In this document: positions 63,813 to 64,000 of the stretch, piece after piece
Layout of the letters: each line of letters opens with the position of its first letter
Numbering within the stretch: the first letter of the stretch is position 1
Source: Rubrobacter sp.
GTDB lineage: Bacteria; Actinomycetota; Rubrobacteria; Rubrobacterales; Rubrobacteraceae
NCBI GenBank assembly: GCA_013812245.1
Contig: JACCTS010000081.1
Coordinates: 30-64,029 of the forward strand
Reading direction: 5' to 3'
Length of the DNA: 64,000 nt
Position numbers and translations under genes: made by a program
The notes under the pieces: generated by a model
Database searches by the model: none
Told to the model about the DNA's origin: nothing
What the model saw: the letters and a program-made list of their open reading frames with translations, nothing else

Positions 63813-64000
63813 ATCTTCTTCACCCGCATCGTTCTCCTCACGACGAATCGCGCGTGAACAGGCTCACGTACAAGTTGTTGCAATAACGTCATTTCTCGTT
63901 ACAAACAAGGTGTTGTTGGAGGTTATGTCTACGAGGAGCGTATATGCCAAGCAACAAGAACGGGGTGAAAAAGCAGAAGTGGTACGAGGCTTTCACGCTG

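Noticed and set aside
63944-64000. Partial ORF at the right edge (MPSNKNGVKKQKWYEAFTL...).
   Set aside because: Only 19 codons are visible, which is too little to support a gene call or a function.

Overview
This 64 kb window is high-GC (about 65%), densely coding bacterial chromosome. The gene content and protein style suggest an actinobacterium of the Rubrobacter type, but that is inference only. No rRNA, tRNA or CRISPR was seen.

Gene blocks from left to right:
- Gfo/Idh/MocA oxidoreductase and a Uma2 nuclease.
- A minus-strand ABC-2 exporter operon preceded by a promoter / small ORF / terminator unit.
- yidC.
- A peroxide-defence operon (aldo-keto reductase, AhpD-like protein, OsmC).
- An eight-gene purine catabolism operon: three-subunit xanthine dehydrogenase, small ORF, fused OHCU decarboxylase-uricase, HIU hydrolase, allantoate amidohydrolase, DUF3830.
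- An orphan histidine kinase and an ABC-2 transporter.
- A small accessory islet: two facing IS5-family transposase 5' fragments around a GNAT gene.
- nadE, DUF1206, an LD-carboxypeptidase, a Nudix gene and a D-2-hydroxyacid dehydrogenase bracketed by unusual phased 8-bp repeat arrays.
- CNNM/CorC, PPK2, DedA and an MsbA-like exporter followed by a 24-aa micropeptide ORF.
- A CheY-like / Nudix / micro-membrane / tandem-DUF427 operon.
- A LuxR-type response regulator with a 1317-aa PAS/LOV/GAF kinase.
- ErpA-like protein and a MoxR-DUF58-transglutaminase triad.
- An HNH nuclease and a DUF1611 plus dipeptide-epimerase pair.
- An OmpR-type two-component pair.
- A roughly 2687-aa CHASE3-HAMP-(PAS x about 12, including a LOV)-GAF-HisKA-HATPase-REC-REC-Hpt hybrid kinase, followed by a frameshifted REC-GGDEF gene.
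- A lower-GC stress islet (DUF2795, ChaB).
- A thiE / double-Nudix / thiL operon.

Most notable observations:
- The OsmC gene, which the ORF track splits into two ORFs, is one reading frame interrupted by a single TGA exactly where the catalytic cysteine should be. This makes it a candidate selenoprotein.
- There are two paralogous LOV photoreceptor kinases.
- The GGDEF output gene is broken by a TG dinucleotide duplication.
- Phased CTGA-type 7-8 bp repeat arrays occur in inverted pairs around two gene cassettes.

Coordinates I derived by hand (internal starts, small ORFs, motifs) may be off by 1-3 nt.
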